64,000 nt of DNA from Octopus vulgaris (GCA_951406725.2 OX597820.1:83204001-83268000), one strand, 5' to 3'; positions 41,030 through 54,193 are shown, counted from the first letter of the stretch. The notes: generated from the letters alone by a model not told the origin. Made by a program: numbers and translations.

Positions 41030-42029
41030 AATTTGGCATCAATAAATGTGCAAAACTGACTTTATCAAGGCTTACAGGGGACAAGTTACCAAATTAGTTA
41101 AGCAGACGTTGTCGGGTGGGGGGATCGGCAGCAACAGGTGGTGTGCGGCTCTCAAAATTGAGATTAGAGTAATAAAGATAGGGTTTAGCGAAGAAATACG
41201 TTAGGAAATATAGAAAGGGAGGGGGTTAGTAGCTAAACTAGACGAGACTATTTGTGGTGATATTGCAACCGACGTACTAGCAGTGAGAATGACATTAGAC
41301 CAATTCTTCAATGCGAAACTCAAAGGTTGCATTCAGAGCTAAGGCCCATGCTCTAGGAAACGTGGGGGATCAAAGCTGTTCGATGGGAACACGTGTGCCT
41401 CCTCTTCAAATTCATGTAGAGCTGACAGGTTCTATTGGTGAGGCGGTCCATCTGCTGTCAACACCTTCTACGCGGAGAGCTGGGAATGCCGTGGCTAATG
41501 AAGTGCAGACATGAGCTGAGGCTGCTGCATCTCCAGATATTCTGTCTAAACGGTGAACCAGTGTGGTTGCCATTTGTCAAACAGGCCTTTTCCCAGCTCG
41601 TCCCCTTGAGTGAGCTGCAGTCTTGGGTCAACCACTTATCAACTTTTTCAAATTTCATTTGGAAAGGAAGATGAAGGTGGAAAAAGAAGTGCTGCCTCCC
41701 AGTACATTTGCGAAAAGATGGATGAATGTAGCGAAGATAACCCGTATGAGTGAACCTGCTCTAATAATTTGTCTGTAGGCTAGGGAATTTGAGAGGGAGA
41801 ATGGAGCCCTTCCCTGATGACCTCGAAGCGACGAGTGGTTCAGGTTTGGTTGATACCTGAGACAACTCGAGGTGGTTAACTCCTTATTGGGGAACTTTCA
41901 TTGTTATAATCTTTTTGTTTGATATTATTATTATTGTTTTTATTGTGTATTCGTATTTTGTGTAAAATCCCCACTGTCCTTGTCTGCTGTATTGTCCCGT
42001 ATATATCGACCCTAGTGACCAATAAATGA

Positions 42030-42030
<1 letters not shown>
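41030..42030 (+). mobile_element. Internally deleted Tx1 derivative, about 1 kb, RT absent
   Basis: Collinear pieces: AYRGQVTKLVKQTL..W (post-EN), VRRSICCQHLLRGELGMPWL..LRLLHL..GEPVW (post-RT), KMKVEKEVL..FAKRW (C-terminus), and a 3'UTR ending tgtccttgt..gtccc..caataaatgaa before (CTA)n. Confidence 0.75.
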
Positions 42031-42090
<60 letters not shown>

Positions 42091-42122
42091 ATAATAATAA
42101 TAATAATAATGATAATAATAAT

Positions 42123-42158
<36 letters not shown>

Positions 42159-43409
42159 GATAATAATAATGAAGATGATGATAATAATAATGATTATTAT
42201 TATTATTATTATTATTATCATTATTATTATTATTGTTGTTGTTGTTATTGTTGCTACTGCTGTTGTTGTATGTTTCTCTTTCATACCAGAGCATGTATTT
42301 CTAAAACCTAAACTTTTCATCTTGTATACACATCTGCAGGTTGTTAACAACTCATAACATCGCAGCTCTTTGAATTCCTTCACTGTAAGGTGAGTTAGAC
42401 ACTTCTGTGTTTCTGTTTCCAAATTATACTTATAACTAACTTTCATCTTACGATTGTGAAGAAAATTTTCATTAGTACCAATATTTTCATTGAAATGGTG
42501 TTTCATACATGTTTATCGAAATGTCATTATTTGCGAACGATATATAAATTAGTTTACAGGTCCTGAGTCATTTATCTTTTATACGTATCTTGTCGGTCTG
42601 CTTTAAACACCTTGTGTGTATGTAGTTATATATCCCAGAGAATCGCACCAGTTTCAGTTCAATTACAAATTCTTGGACATTATTGAGCTCTGCAATATTT
42701 AAAGTGAAGCATGCAAGATATATAATATATTAGTATATAAGAAAAAATAAAATATAACTATTGACAAAATTTATGCTACATCACTGAAAATCTGACACGC
42801 TTTGTATGAATGTCTTTATGCAGAATAGAGGAAAATATTTTTGCAGCGTGAGATGGTATGTAAAACAAGTGCAATTGCATTAGACACTTAAGTACAGAAA
42901 AAATAAAGAAGGAAATTCTAACACCTTCATAGCTGCTAAGTATGAAAAAACAAACGAATGTATATAGTCAATACATCTGAAGCATGGCAATTTTTTTCCA
43001 GAAATAGATGCTCTATCCACATAATCAGAAATACACTTAACATTAACCATACAGAGCACGGCAGAAATAACATGTACAACAAAATAATAGTACCCAGATG
43101 ATGTTTTAGAGCTTAGAAAAAATTTCAACGCCATAAACCTTTGGCAGAATAGAGAGCAGGTTATGGATGATGTCTATTCCAAAAGGTTAATCCACTAGTA
43201 TTGTCCGTTTTAGATTTGTTTGTTCCGTATTTAATGCAACCCTGTTTCCCTTACGTTGTAGAGCGTGTCGTTTGCTTTTGCGAATACATTCTGCTGTGAC
43301 GAGATCACTGTTTCATGGAATACTCTGGCGGGTTACTAGTAATTTTCTTCGTTTTAATGCTTCTCTTTCCACTTAAGATGTTGAACTTGCAAAATCGTCT
43401 GTCTATAGG

Positions 43410-43530
43410 CTTTGAACTCAAATTCCGCCGAGTTTGTCTCTGCCTTTCATCCTTGCGGGGTCGATAAATTAAGTATCAGTTGAGCACTGGGGTCGATGTA
43501 ATTTGACCTTCAGCCGAAATTTGAAACAAA
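43410..43530 (+). mobile_element. SINE family B fragment
   Basis: aactcaaattccgccgag..gcctttcatccttgcggggtcgataaattaagtatcagttgagcactggggtcgatgtaat. Confidence 0.8.
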
Positions 43531-43986
43531 TATTTCTGTTTCAATATTTTTGATATAATTATAGATTTTGTTTGTTTAATTCTTAAAATATATTTGTAGG
43601 ACATAGGTTTAAACTGTTCAATTACAGGTAAATCCTGTTTTGCCCTTTCAATATATTTGCTAAATTGACTTTGAAATATTATCTGAGTGCATCAACTAAA
43701 TGACTAATTTTTGTTTTAAACCTAACAGTACAGGTGGATATTATGCTGAGTATATTAATATGCAGTCTAGCCAAATTACATCTGTTTCTATAAATTCTAA
43801 TGGTCAGTAGATTTTCCAAACGAGGAGTAGAATAAAATTCTACTCCCGTGTACAGCGTCCTTATTTTCCCAAACTATCTACATTATTTTAGAGTTTAGAT
43901 TTCAGATAGAGGTGTGTTTTCTGTTAGAGTCATGATTAAAGTTAGTTATTAATCAAATACTTTCAACTCACATTCGTCTCACTGGA

Positions 43987-43989
<3 letters not shown>

Positions 43990-44080
<91 letters not shown>

Positions 44081-44095
44081 TGTGTGCGTGTGTAT
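43990..44095. repeat. (TC)n(TA)n(TG)n microsatellite
   Basis: Directly visible. Confidence 0.95.
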
Positions 44096-44139
44096 CAATA
44101 AATAATAATTGAGCTTTTACTCTTGCTGATCTACTTAAA

Positions 44140-44365
44140 TTGCATTGGGTATCAACAAAGTCGACATTGATCCTTTCGTGGTTGATGAAATAAATATCAG
44201 TTGACGCGCCTCTAATTTCCGGGCTTTTGCATAAAGTCCAGCAGATTATTAAGGAGGCGAGCTGGTTGGACTGTGAGTACGTAGGACAAAATGCTTAACA
44301 AGATTTCTTCTAGCTCTTTATGATCTGAGTTTAATTTTCACGCAGGTCGACTTTGCATTTCTCAT
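44140..44365 (+). mobile_element. Two degraded SINE family B pieces
   Basis: gtcgacattgatcctttcgtggttgatgaaa and a head aaggaggcgagctgg..aaatgcttaac..tctgagtt. Confidence 0.6.
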
Positions 44366-45983
44366 TTCAGCTTCGATAAAATAAGCACGCGTTTTTTGGT
44401 GATTTTCGGGAAGCAATAAATTGGAAAAAAAGTTTCATTAGTCGAATAACAAGCCACATAATCTTTATTCCAGTTGTTTATATTACAAGGACTATTCTGA
44501 CCACCGAGGTTAACGCTGCTTTTTACCCTTCCACAGTCAATAAAATAATGTCCCAATTAAGTAATAAATTCTATGTTTTCAATTAACTTCCTCCCCTTAA
44601 ATCTCAGGTCTTTCGTCTAAAGTGGAAGGTGTAGTTTTATAGTTATTGATTTTGTGGTTGCTTTCTTAGTTTTTGTCTATTGTAGTGCTGCATGATGTTT
44701 GTTTGCTTAAGTTTCCTTTCTCAACCGTTAGTTAGATTTGCTCAACCTTGTATGAAATATGAGGAGTACTGCTTCAATGTTATGTATTTCCTCTCCCTCT
44801 CCCTCTCTCTCTCTTAATTGTTATTTCTGACATGGTAGCAAAAATTTCCTCTAATATTTGTGTGTGGCAGTGGGAGTTGATAACAGAGTTTGTAATTGGA
44901 AATATGAATATTTGTGTACTGGAAACGAAACAATTTCGCAAATAGCAACTACTGTCCTAAAATGAAAACCAAAATCCATAGAGATATCTGTTGTAATCAA
45001 AGGAAGCAGCCAAAAAAAAAAATTGTTGGAGAAATAACAAATGTACAGCTACACGTTGATTCCAACATGATGGCTAAACAATGGAATTGGTACAGCTGTG
45101 CATACATAGAATTATTCATACAAAACCATTTTCTGAGGAATTGGCGAAGAAATACAATTATTTCTGAATGTATTTCCCTCAAGATAACTACAAAAGTTTG
45201 TTGGATATATTTTAAAAATATTCTTACATAATTCATACTACACATAATCGATCTCATGGAAGTTGCTGTTACGTTTTAGTGTCAAATCAGATATGATCAT
45301 GTAGTTGAACTATAACCTACACGCCTTTCCTTGGCGTCGCTTTCTTCCTCTATGTTGCCAGGGTGTGATTTGATGAGGCTTTGTCTCGGTCCCTGGTCAA
45401 ATAACAAACTGAGTCTTCTTAGAGATGAGGCCATATGGAGAGAAATATTTGGACTGGTGCCAACAAATGAACTGATATTGTGTTAACTGTGGACAAAAAA
45501 AAGAAAACAAAACAAAAACAGATAAGGAAAGGAAAGCATGGATATCTTAACATTTATAAAATAAAACAATGACGCTTTTCACCAAGGCTTGTTTATAAAT
45601 ATAGTTGTTTATTTTATTTGGATGTACTTTACAAAAATTAGATGTCAATATTTTCCATAGATACGAACGAATGAGGTACAAAGCAGTACTCTGCTGTAGA
45701 ATTCTTTGCCATAGTTTCATTCAATTTGATTTAAGCAAATGTGCTTGGCGCACTGCGTGTGGTATAAACAGTCAGGTATTGGTTTGCAGCGAGAAAATCA
45801 CTCTATTTGACTTTTTCATCCTTGAAAGTGGTCTTCGATTTTTTTTGTTTTCGTAATAAAAACCTAATAAAAACCAGGGAAACGAAATTTTGGCGAGTGG
45901 TTTTCGAGTTTAGATTTGTAGAACCTTGCGTCATATTTTGCTTCGATAATCGAGGAGCAATATTCTTTCCAAGTTTCCTCATC

Positions 45984-46130
45984 CTTCTTCTTCTTCTTCT
46001 TCTTCTTCTTCTTCTTCTTCTTCTTCTTCTTCTTCTTCTTCTTCTTCTTCTTCTTCTTCTTCTTCTTCTTCTTCTCCTCCTCCTGCTCCCCCTCCTTCTT
46101 CTTATCATTCTTCTTCTCCTCCTCCTGATT
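45984..46130. repeat. (CTT)n microsatellite
   Basis: Directly visible. Confidence 0.95.
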
Positions 46131-47839
46131 CATCTTCTTTTTTGCTTTGTCAACCAATTTTCTTATTTATTTCTTTATTTTCTTTTGTTGCTAAGATATA
46201 CCACTCCCACATTGATGCGTGAAAGGTTAATGTCTTGAAATTTACTGAATCGATTCTTTAACACCAAGGAATTTGTAAACGGTATTTTGCAGAATTGAAA
46301 ATGACAGTATACCGCAAATCCACTATCCAGCATGCAATTTCAACGTTTTCTCTCATCTAAATACTAGATGCAATGCTGTATTCTGCACTCCCATTACCAT
46401 CAATTTAACGACATTCACTTGCTAAATAAAGTAACTTTGTTCCTTCTTCGACAAATCCATATATGCATATACATACATGCAATTACTTATATATACATAC
46501 ACGCATACATGTACTCATGCCCCCCCCATACACACACTAATTTTCTTTTCCAACCTTGATTTTGCTATTTTAGTGTTACAGTGTTTTCTTTCTCAATTTT
46601 TCCAATTATGTACAGGAATGTGCATTTCACTTTCCTTTACATTTATTATAATATCTGGTCAGTGTGCTGCAATTATGTTGCCAATTTGCATTGAAAACTC
46701 ACCGGATATTGTGGTATTTATTTCTATTGACGTATTTTGGTTTACTTTTGCATTATTTTCATCAACGTTGAAACAAATTCAATACAATGCAAACCTCCAG
46801 TTTATCTACCTTCTATGTTTCCGCATCAAGATTTACATTTTCGTTTACTCAGCAATACATCTTAAATTCGTATGTATATTTAAAAAATATATGTATTTAT
46901 CTGTTATTATACGGCTTCACAATGACAAGTAGGTCTATTCACCTATTGCCAGAGAAACCAAGTTTTTTCATCTCACACTTGTTGTTTACACAACAAAACT
47001 TGCTTTCTTTCATTTTTATTTTTAATTATTCTTAACATTGCTGCTATTTCGAGAAATCCTTTTTGTATGCTTAATACTATATGCATGTCTAAATCATTCC
47101 ATTGTGAATTTCACTACAATTATGTGTTACAGTTTTATTATATGTGTTACAGTTTCTACGTTCGGGTTACTTCTACTCCTAAATTTTGATTCTTGTATAA
47201 TTTCTGCATTTAGTGTTACAGATATATTATCATTCTTTGATTCGATACACCAGTCAAGACATATTTTGATATATTTTCATTTATAGGTTTGCCGTAACAA
47301 AGAGTAAGCTTGATACAACAGAGACTAATTTGATAACACATTACCATAGGTTGTGGTGATTCATCGATATCTGTTAGCTGTCCTAAGTTCAGCCTGTGTC
47401 ACTTCTGGTCTTCTCTATGTTCTGTGAACTATATAAATGCTCGTTCATCAGAATGATTTGAAATTGCATCTGAAACCGTTTTCTGCGACTCATCCCATTA
47501 TTACTGTACGCAGATTTGTAGTTATTGAACCACATATTCGGACATTTGATGTGTTGAATCATTTAGCTCTGAATGAGACACAAGGATACATTTTATATAA
47601 TTGGACAAATTCATCGCTATACTGTCGGATATTTCAGAGAGCGAAACAATTTGTTAATTGTAGCCTACATTAAATTTGAAAAATATACAAAGTTGCGCGT
47701 CGGCACAAATACTGGTATAGCTATGCCAGTGAGTGTCTGTCACATGGGTGTGGTTAAGAGCTTCTTTATGTGGCCACGTGGATAAATATTTGATTGTTAT
47801 TTTGAGCAGATTGGCTAACTTCCACAAAGAAACAAAGAA

Positions 47840-48980
47840 TAGCTTAAGGGCCGAAACGTTTATGAGCCCAAAATTCATAACCAAAATAAAGTTTTGTCAA
47901 TATAGTTTCCCTTGCCACCACACCTTTCTTTCATCGGTGCCGCAGTACTTGGTTCACATTAGTGCAAAAGCTTTCATCCTGTTAGTAAAAGAAATCAACA
48001 GCAGATATGATGTCATCAACCCAATCAAGTGTTTTTTTCGTTTCGGGGAACAGATGTAAGTCAGATGTCGCCAATCAGCCGTACAGGTGTGCTGATCAAA
48101 CAGTTCAATGCCGCAGTCTGTACAGCGGCTATTGAAAGCAAAGACTTGTTTGTTGGTGCATCCTCCGTATAAACTAAGACACCTTTTTTCGGTTTTCCTG
48201 TGCTGATAGCCTTTCGTAACTGCCTCATCCACTTTCCCTACAGTTGAATTTGACCTTGCTTGGAGCATGTGAGGAGGTGTGCTTCTATTGCATGGATTGT
48301 AACTTTGTCCGTGGCTGAAAGTGATGAGACTTATACACAGGAAACGTTCAAGAAAAGCAACTGAATATATCTCATTGTCAGATTTTCCCATGATATGATC
48401 GAACTAGGGCGCTTTCGATAAGGCATCAGAAGATGTTGCACCCTCCTTTGTTATGACAAGTTCAATGTGCAGAAAATGCTCAACTCTCTCACGAGATATG
48501 CTAATGATATTGGCTGTTTGATTTATAGTCAATGGTATGCCAGCCACCACCATGTACTGAACACAATCAGTGTTTACCTTGGTGGTGGCACTTGAAGAGA
48601 ATCTAAGCTTTAGATCATCTTCATGATGAAATATCCCCCCTCTCCTAAATTCAGCAATCAGCTTTTGCACTGTTGATAAACTGGAGTATCATCCGTTAAA
48701 GTAGCAACCATGTCAGTATGAATATCAGTGGGCATAAAACACTCTATCTGAAGGTATTAATAACACCAAGATGCCAAATTTTCATGATTTTCAAAAGAAG
48801 TGGCCAGTAGTTCTTTTTGAAGTCCCCTTTAAAAAGTCATATGTCAGTTTACCCGAGAAAGAAAGCAAAAAAAGCAATTCGGTTATTAATAAGAATGGTT
48901 GAAATTAATGCGTGCACATTTCACAGATCTAACATCACTTTTTTATAGTCAGCCTATGAACATTTCAGCCCACTTTCATC
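47840..48980 (-). mobile_element. Highly degraded mariner (irritans-like)
   Basis: ORF 48404-48670 has QKLIAEFRRG..EDD..R.S.ATT..LTINQ.AN...ISRERVEH.LH.EL. Degenerate TIR agcctatgaacatttcagccca at about 48951-48973. Confidence 0.75.
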
Positions 48981-49486
48981 CTAGGAGCTTTGCATGTACT
49001 ATTAGTTAAAGATATGAAGAAAACAAATTGTCAACATTATACTTTATCTTATGATACTCAGCCCTTTTTGAAAATGTAACTTACGTATTTGTTGTGCCTA
49101 GTTTCTTACATCATACGAAGGGATTGTTCCGCATTTCATGAGTTTCAAACATCCTGCCACTGATGTCCTGCCAACACTGTATACTACGCCTTTTTCCAAT
49201 ACATAAAATTCTTCTCCTTTCACTATAGATACACATTTTAAATTTATATTTTCAGATGCGCACATTTCTTTCTATCACTTATACGCTTAAGTACATATAC
49301 GCACATGCGAACACATACAATAAGTGTATGCGTTCCATTTTTCATTTACACAGGTACATAAGCGTAAAAGCATTAAAAGATTTCTTACAATACACCAAGC
49401 GACATAAACAGCATAGATACAGCTACACAAGCACATATATATGCTTATATATATCTATATGCATACATACACACACACACACGCGC

Positions 49487-49547
<61 letters not shown>

Positions 49548-50193
49548 GTATGTATGTATATGTATACAGCACGATGTCTGAATGAGGAAAACGTAAATAA
49601 ATTTGTTAAAAGCTATCCGCAAGGGTTAAAGTATAGGAAGGGGAAAGAAAGAAAACATTTATATTATCCATGTGCGGAAGAAAAGAAAATGAACATATGA
49701 GTCCTGGATGTGTGCATCAGTAAGAAACTTATACGAAATCATGTTACTTTAGATATTTTTCTGAGATACGATGCTGTGTTGATGTGTGCAAAGCTGAACG
49801 TATTACCGTAAGATTGATGAGTTCCGAGAGTAAGTATTTTCCCTGACGCGTGATGTTAGACACAAACATGTTTAACAAAATTAACTGAAAGTTTGTTCGT
49901 TGGGTTGTATTTGTGAAACCACTTTTAAAGAAAATGAAATAATAGATTAAAAACAAGTAATAATATGGCAGACCCTAATCACTGACTGATTTGCGAAAAC
50001 ATAAATTAATGTTCCTTAACGTGCAGGACAGATATCACATCATAGTATACTGTTTAGAAAGCAGAATATGGTGTAATTATATATCATGACACAGACCCTA
50101 CATTATTTAATATATCTCCACCAACACAAATTATTTTTCAATAACTCAGTAGAATTTTGGGTATTTTTGTTTACACAATATTCAGTATTTCTA

Positions 50194-50425
50194 AGGCGGC
50201 AAGCTGGCAGAATCGTTAGCACGCCGGGCGAAATGCTTAGCAGTATTTCGTGTGACGCTACGTTCTGAGTTCAAATTCCGCCGAGGTTGACTTTGCTTTT
50301 CATCCTTTCGGGTTTGATTAAATGAGTACCAGTTACGCACTGGGGTCGAAATAATCGACTTAATCCGTTTGTCTGTCCTTCTTTGCTCCCTCTGTGTTTA
50401 GCCACTTCTGGGTAGTAAAGAAATA
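50194..50425 (+). mobile_element. SINE family B (tRNA head, Meta-like core) with Tx1-type tail, unit 1
   Basis: Head aggcggcaagcTGGCAGAATCG..GAGTTCAAATTCC; core ctttcatcctttcgggtttgattaaatgagtaccag; tail tttgtctgtccttctttgctccctct..aaagaaata. Confidence 0.9.
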
Positions 50426-50431
50426 GGAATA

Positions 50432-50615
50432 GGTATTTCGTCTGCCATTATGTTCTGAGTTCAAATTCCGCCGAGTTCAACTTAGCCTTTCATCCATTCA
50501 GGGTAGATAAATTAAGTACCAGTTACGTACTGGGGTCGATGCAATCGACTTAATCCCTTTGGCTATTCTTGTTTGTCCCTTCTATGTTTAGCCCCTTGTG
50601 AGCAATAAAGAAATA
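50432..50615 (+). mobile_element. SINE family B with Tx1-type tail, unit 2 (starts inside the head)
   Basis: Begins ggtatttcgtctgcc; ends gccccttgtgagcaataaagaaata. Confidence 0.88.
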
Positions 50616-50800
50616 AGAATCATTAGCACCTCGGGCGACAATGCTTAGCGGTATTCCGTCTGCCTTTACATTCTGAGTGCTAATTCCTCCGAGGTTCACT
50701 TTACCTTTCATCCTATCGGGGTCGATAGATTAAGTATCTTTTGCGTACTAGAGTTGATCTAATCGACTGGACCCCTCCCCCAACATTTCGAATAGAAAAT
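50616..50800 (+). mobile_element. SINE family B with alternative tail, unit 3 (starts at head position about 16)
   Basis: Begins agaatcattagcacc; tail gactggacccctcccccaacatttcg. Confidence 0.85.
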
Positions 50801-50880
50801 AATATTCATTATTTCTGTTGCCATTTCCTCTAGCAGAGTGTTAGTTACTCAGGAATCTAGTAATGATTTAAATATGAGCA

Positions 50881-51100
50881 AGGCGGCGAGTTGGCAAAAT
50901 CGTTAGCATACCGGGTGAAATGCTTAGCTGTATTTTATTCGTCTGCACGTTCTGAGCCCATATTCCGCCGAAGATGACTCTGCCCTTCATCCTTTCAGGG
51001 TCGATAAAATAAGTACCAGTTGAATCCTGGGATTGAGCCAATCGAGTAACCCCCCGCCCTCGAAATTACTGACCTTGTGCCAAGAAAGTAAAATTAATAT
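50881..51100 (+). mobile_element. SINE family B, full length, alternative tail
   Basis: aggcggcgagttggcaaaatcg...cccctcgaaattactgaccttgtgccaag-like end. Confidence 0.85.
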
Positions 51101-52654
51101 TTTAAGATTGGGTAACGAACCTCTTTTTCTATTGTATTTATTCTGTACCTCTGCAAGATTTTATAGCCAAAGCATGTATTACAGTATGCGAAAGCGATTC
51201 GCACCTTCCTATCATTCTCTCGTCCCAATCAGTTGTCTCACCAGTTCGCGATTTGTAATGTTAGTCTGTTTTCCACAGAAACTTTTCTCACAAGCCGCAT
51301 AAATTTGATTCTATATCTGTATCACATTAATAATATTTTAACTGGACTGTCACTTGCTCCCTCTTTACACACATATGCACATGTACTCTTTATTTTTTCA
51401 CTATTAAATTATACAAGTTTCCATTCTTGTCTCATATCTACTAATTCCTCTTAAATCCCTGTCTCCCTATTTTACCCACGAATTTGATACTTCCATATTA
51501 AGTGAAACTTTTTCCTTCTTCGAAACACCTTACATTAATTTTTCATTTGCTTACTCCACTTTTCTTCCACCGTTTAAATTGACGTCATCGCATATACTTT
51601 GAAGTTAATCTATTTCATGCAGTTCTCTTATGTATTTCACGCATTTCTCCTAATTTAAAAGTTACTAACCGATCTATCTAAAACATGCATAACTAATACA
51701 CTTTAATGAATTTACACTATAGTATAAGATGGCACCAGTAATATAAAAAAAAGAAAAAAGAAAGCTATATCACATTTCTTTCAATTACATATTACCCTCC
51801 ACACCACGTCGTGTTTTGATTTTCTATGCAATTTCCATAAATGTAACACTTATGATATCCTTTAGAACTAAGTACTTTAGAACAAACCAAATGTTTTGAG
51901 TGTTTCTTTCCACTGCTATCATCTCAACTTGATAGAATCGGTAGATCACATAATAAAATATCTTGTTCCATCTCATTACGTTATATGTTCCAATCTGTCT
52001 TGGTTAAGACACCATTTCAGTGATGTCAAATAAGAAGTAGCAGTCAATTAATAATGTTTATTAATAATGTCAAAGTGACATTTCTCTTCAGCGCGGTAAC
52101 ATTGGGTTAGGAGGATTTAGAATATATTTTGTGTCTTCTTATTTTTATTGAAGAGAGTCGGTGAGGTGTGGCAAAAAGATAGAACATAATGAAATATATT
52201 ATTTCCTTTTTCTTTCCTTAGATTTCATTACTCTCAGGTTTGTTCAGAGATGAAGTTTACTAACCATTCATGGCAACTTTTATGATTAAGATTCCTGACA
52301 TGTGAAGACTACGAAGATATGCCAAACCATTTTCAAATTTCTATTTAATAATTCCGGTGAAATATTATTTCTTCAAAAAAAAACAAAAAATAAACAAACA
52401 AGCGATGCGGATGACATGTAAACACCGTAGAAAAGCATTACAAATGTACACAATATTACCAGAATATATTTATGTTCCACTCGTATTAACAACAAAATAT
52501 ATTTAAATTTTTGTCTCCTTTGCAGATATTTTAAAGTAGTTTGAAAATCATGAACAACTCTTGGAAAACTTCGTTGTGAATCATTTGTCAAACAATATGA
52601 AAAATATATTTTGATAGCATATGGCCAAGCTATATAGTAGAGGACCTTATTAAA

Positions 52655-52870
52655 TGGTGGCGATCTAGCAGAATCGTTAGCACACCAGGTGAACTGCTTA
52701 ACGGCATTTCTTCCGTATTCACGTTCTCAGGTCAAATTCCGTCAGGATCAACTTTGCCTTTCATCCTATCCGCGTTGTTGAAGTAAATGCCAGTCGAGTC
52801 CTGGGGTCTTTCTAATCGACTTATACCATCCCTTGAAATTGCTGGCCGTGTTCCAAAATTTTAAGTCAAT
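52655..52870 (+). mobile_element. SINE family B, full length, alternative tail
   Basis: ggtggcgatctagcagaatcgttagcac...ttgaaattgctggccgtgttccaaaatttt. Confidence 0.82.
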
Positions 52871-53770
52871 ATATTTAAGTTGATTTTCATGATCAGGAGT
52901 CTAACTCTCAAAAATTCACCTCTCAAAAAATTCGAAATGTATTTGAAACAAAATTTACTCGTTAGAAATATTTCTCCCACTTAGATATAAAATTGTAACA
53001 AGCATTGAATTCTTGCAGGTGATATATTTTCCTCATTTGCAGTTGTTTTACATCACAGGAATATGATTTTTCGTACGAAAGCAGTAAAATGTCTCCACAT
53101 GGCGAAGAACGAAATCGCATTATAAGCTAGTTGCATACAGTGCATGTGTGTTTCATTAAAACAATATAGGATACATGTGGGCAGTGTGGAGAAAAAAATT
53201 CCCATTAATTTTAACACATTGCATATCTGGAGGTAAAGCATTGTATATTGGATTGTGTAGTGTATATGTTAAAAAAGCCGTAAAATTGACAGGTGTGAAA
53301 CATTGTACATATTGACAGGTCAAACGTTAATTCCACTTCCAACACACACACACAAATACACAAATTTTTCATCAGCAAAAAAGGTAGATTGATTATATTT
53401 TAGAACGGACCTGTTGAATACTGTAGCGACTAAGTAGCTACAAATTCTTATATAATAGAGCTTAATTGCAATTGGGATATATTAGACCCCCCATGCCTGC
53501 TCGTTTAAATGTAGATTTAGTCAAGCAACTTGATTAAGTAATATATATTTTAGAAATTCAGTCTATCCAAAACTAGCATGTTTCGGGCGTCTTCTGAAAA
53601 GTGAAATACAAGCAAGGTTATGTAATCTTAAGTGCAATCAGAGAAACCTATAAAGAATAGGGATATCAATTTCATCATGTATTCAAATATGGCCTCACGA
53701 AATTAGAGTTTTAATGTTTTCTAAGAACATCAATCAATGAATACATAGAATGCTACACTTCTTCGTGTTG

Positions 53771-53817
<47 letters not shown>

Positions 53818-53821
<4 letters not shown>

Positions 53822-54157
53822 AATGAAAGACGGAAGATGGAATATATTTAAATATATATGCGTGTGAGGGTGCATATATATATATATGTTGGCGAGGTAT
53901 ATGCAGCTAATGAAGACAAATTAAATATACGTTGCCAAACGTATTTTGAAGAGTCTGAAACCGGTATTGCATTATCCGTTTCTAGGTTTTTCATTTTCAG
54001 ATGTTCTTCCTAGAGGTAAGACAATTTTTTTCATGTTTGTTGCACACACGCATCTTTACTAGTACATACGCAGTGAAGCTATACATTAGCGTCGTATTTA
54101 TTACGTTCGCTATTTTCCAGTAAATATCGGTGCTTCGTTGTGCCATTTATTTACTTT

Positions 54158-54159
<2 letters not shown>
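53818..54159 (+). mobile_element. About 340-bp non-coding hammerhead-containing unit between two (TA)n tracts (solo Penelope pseudo-LTR or retrozyme-like)
   Basis: Sharp (TA)n boundaries at 53774-53817 and 54160-54190; contains the hammerhead fold listed next. Confidence 0.5.
53901..53972 (+). ncRNA. Type I hammerhead ribozyme fold with extended stem II and variant core CUAAUGA
   Basis: atgcag-CTAATGA-agac...gtct-GAAA-ccgg-TA-ttgcat. Stem I atgcag/ttgcat, stem II agac/gtct enclosing hairpin atacgtt/aacgtat, palindromic ACCGGT stem III. Confidence 0.7.

Positions 54160-54193
<34 letters not shown>

Noticed and set aside
41812-41875. CTGATGA followed by a stem in the Tx1 derivative
   Set aside because: No GAAA box after the stem, so it is a hairpin rather than a hammerhead.
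50194-50285. Possible tRNA gene
   Set aside because: A/B-box-like motifs only, no closed cloverleaf, and it continues into a SINE body found in many degraded copies.
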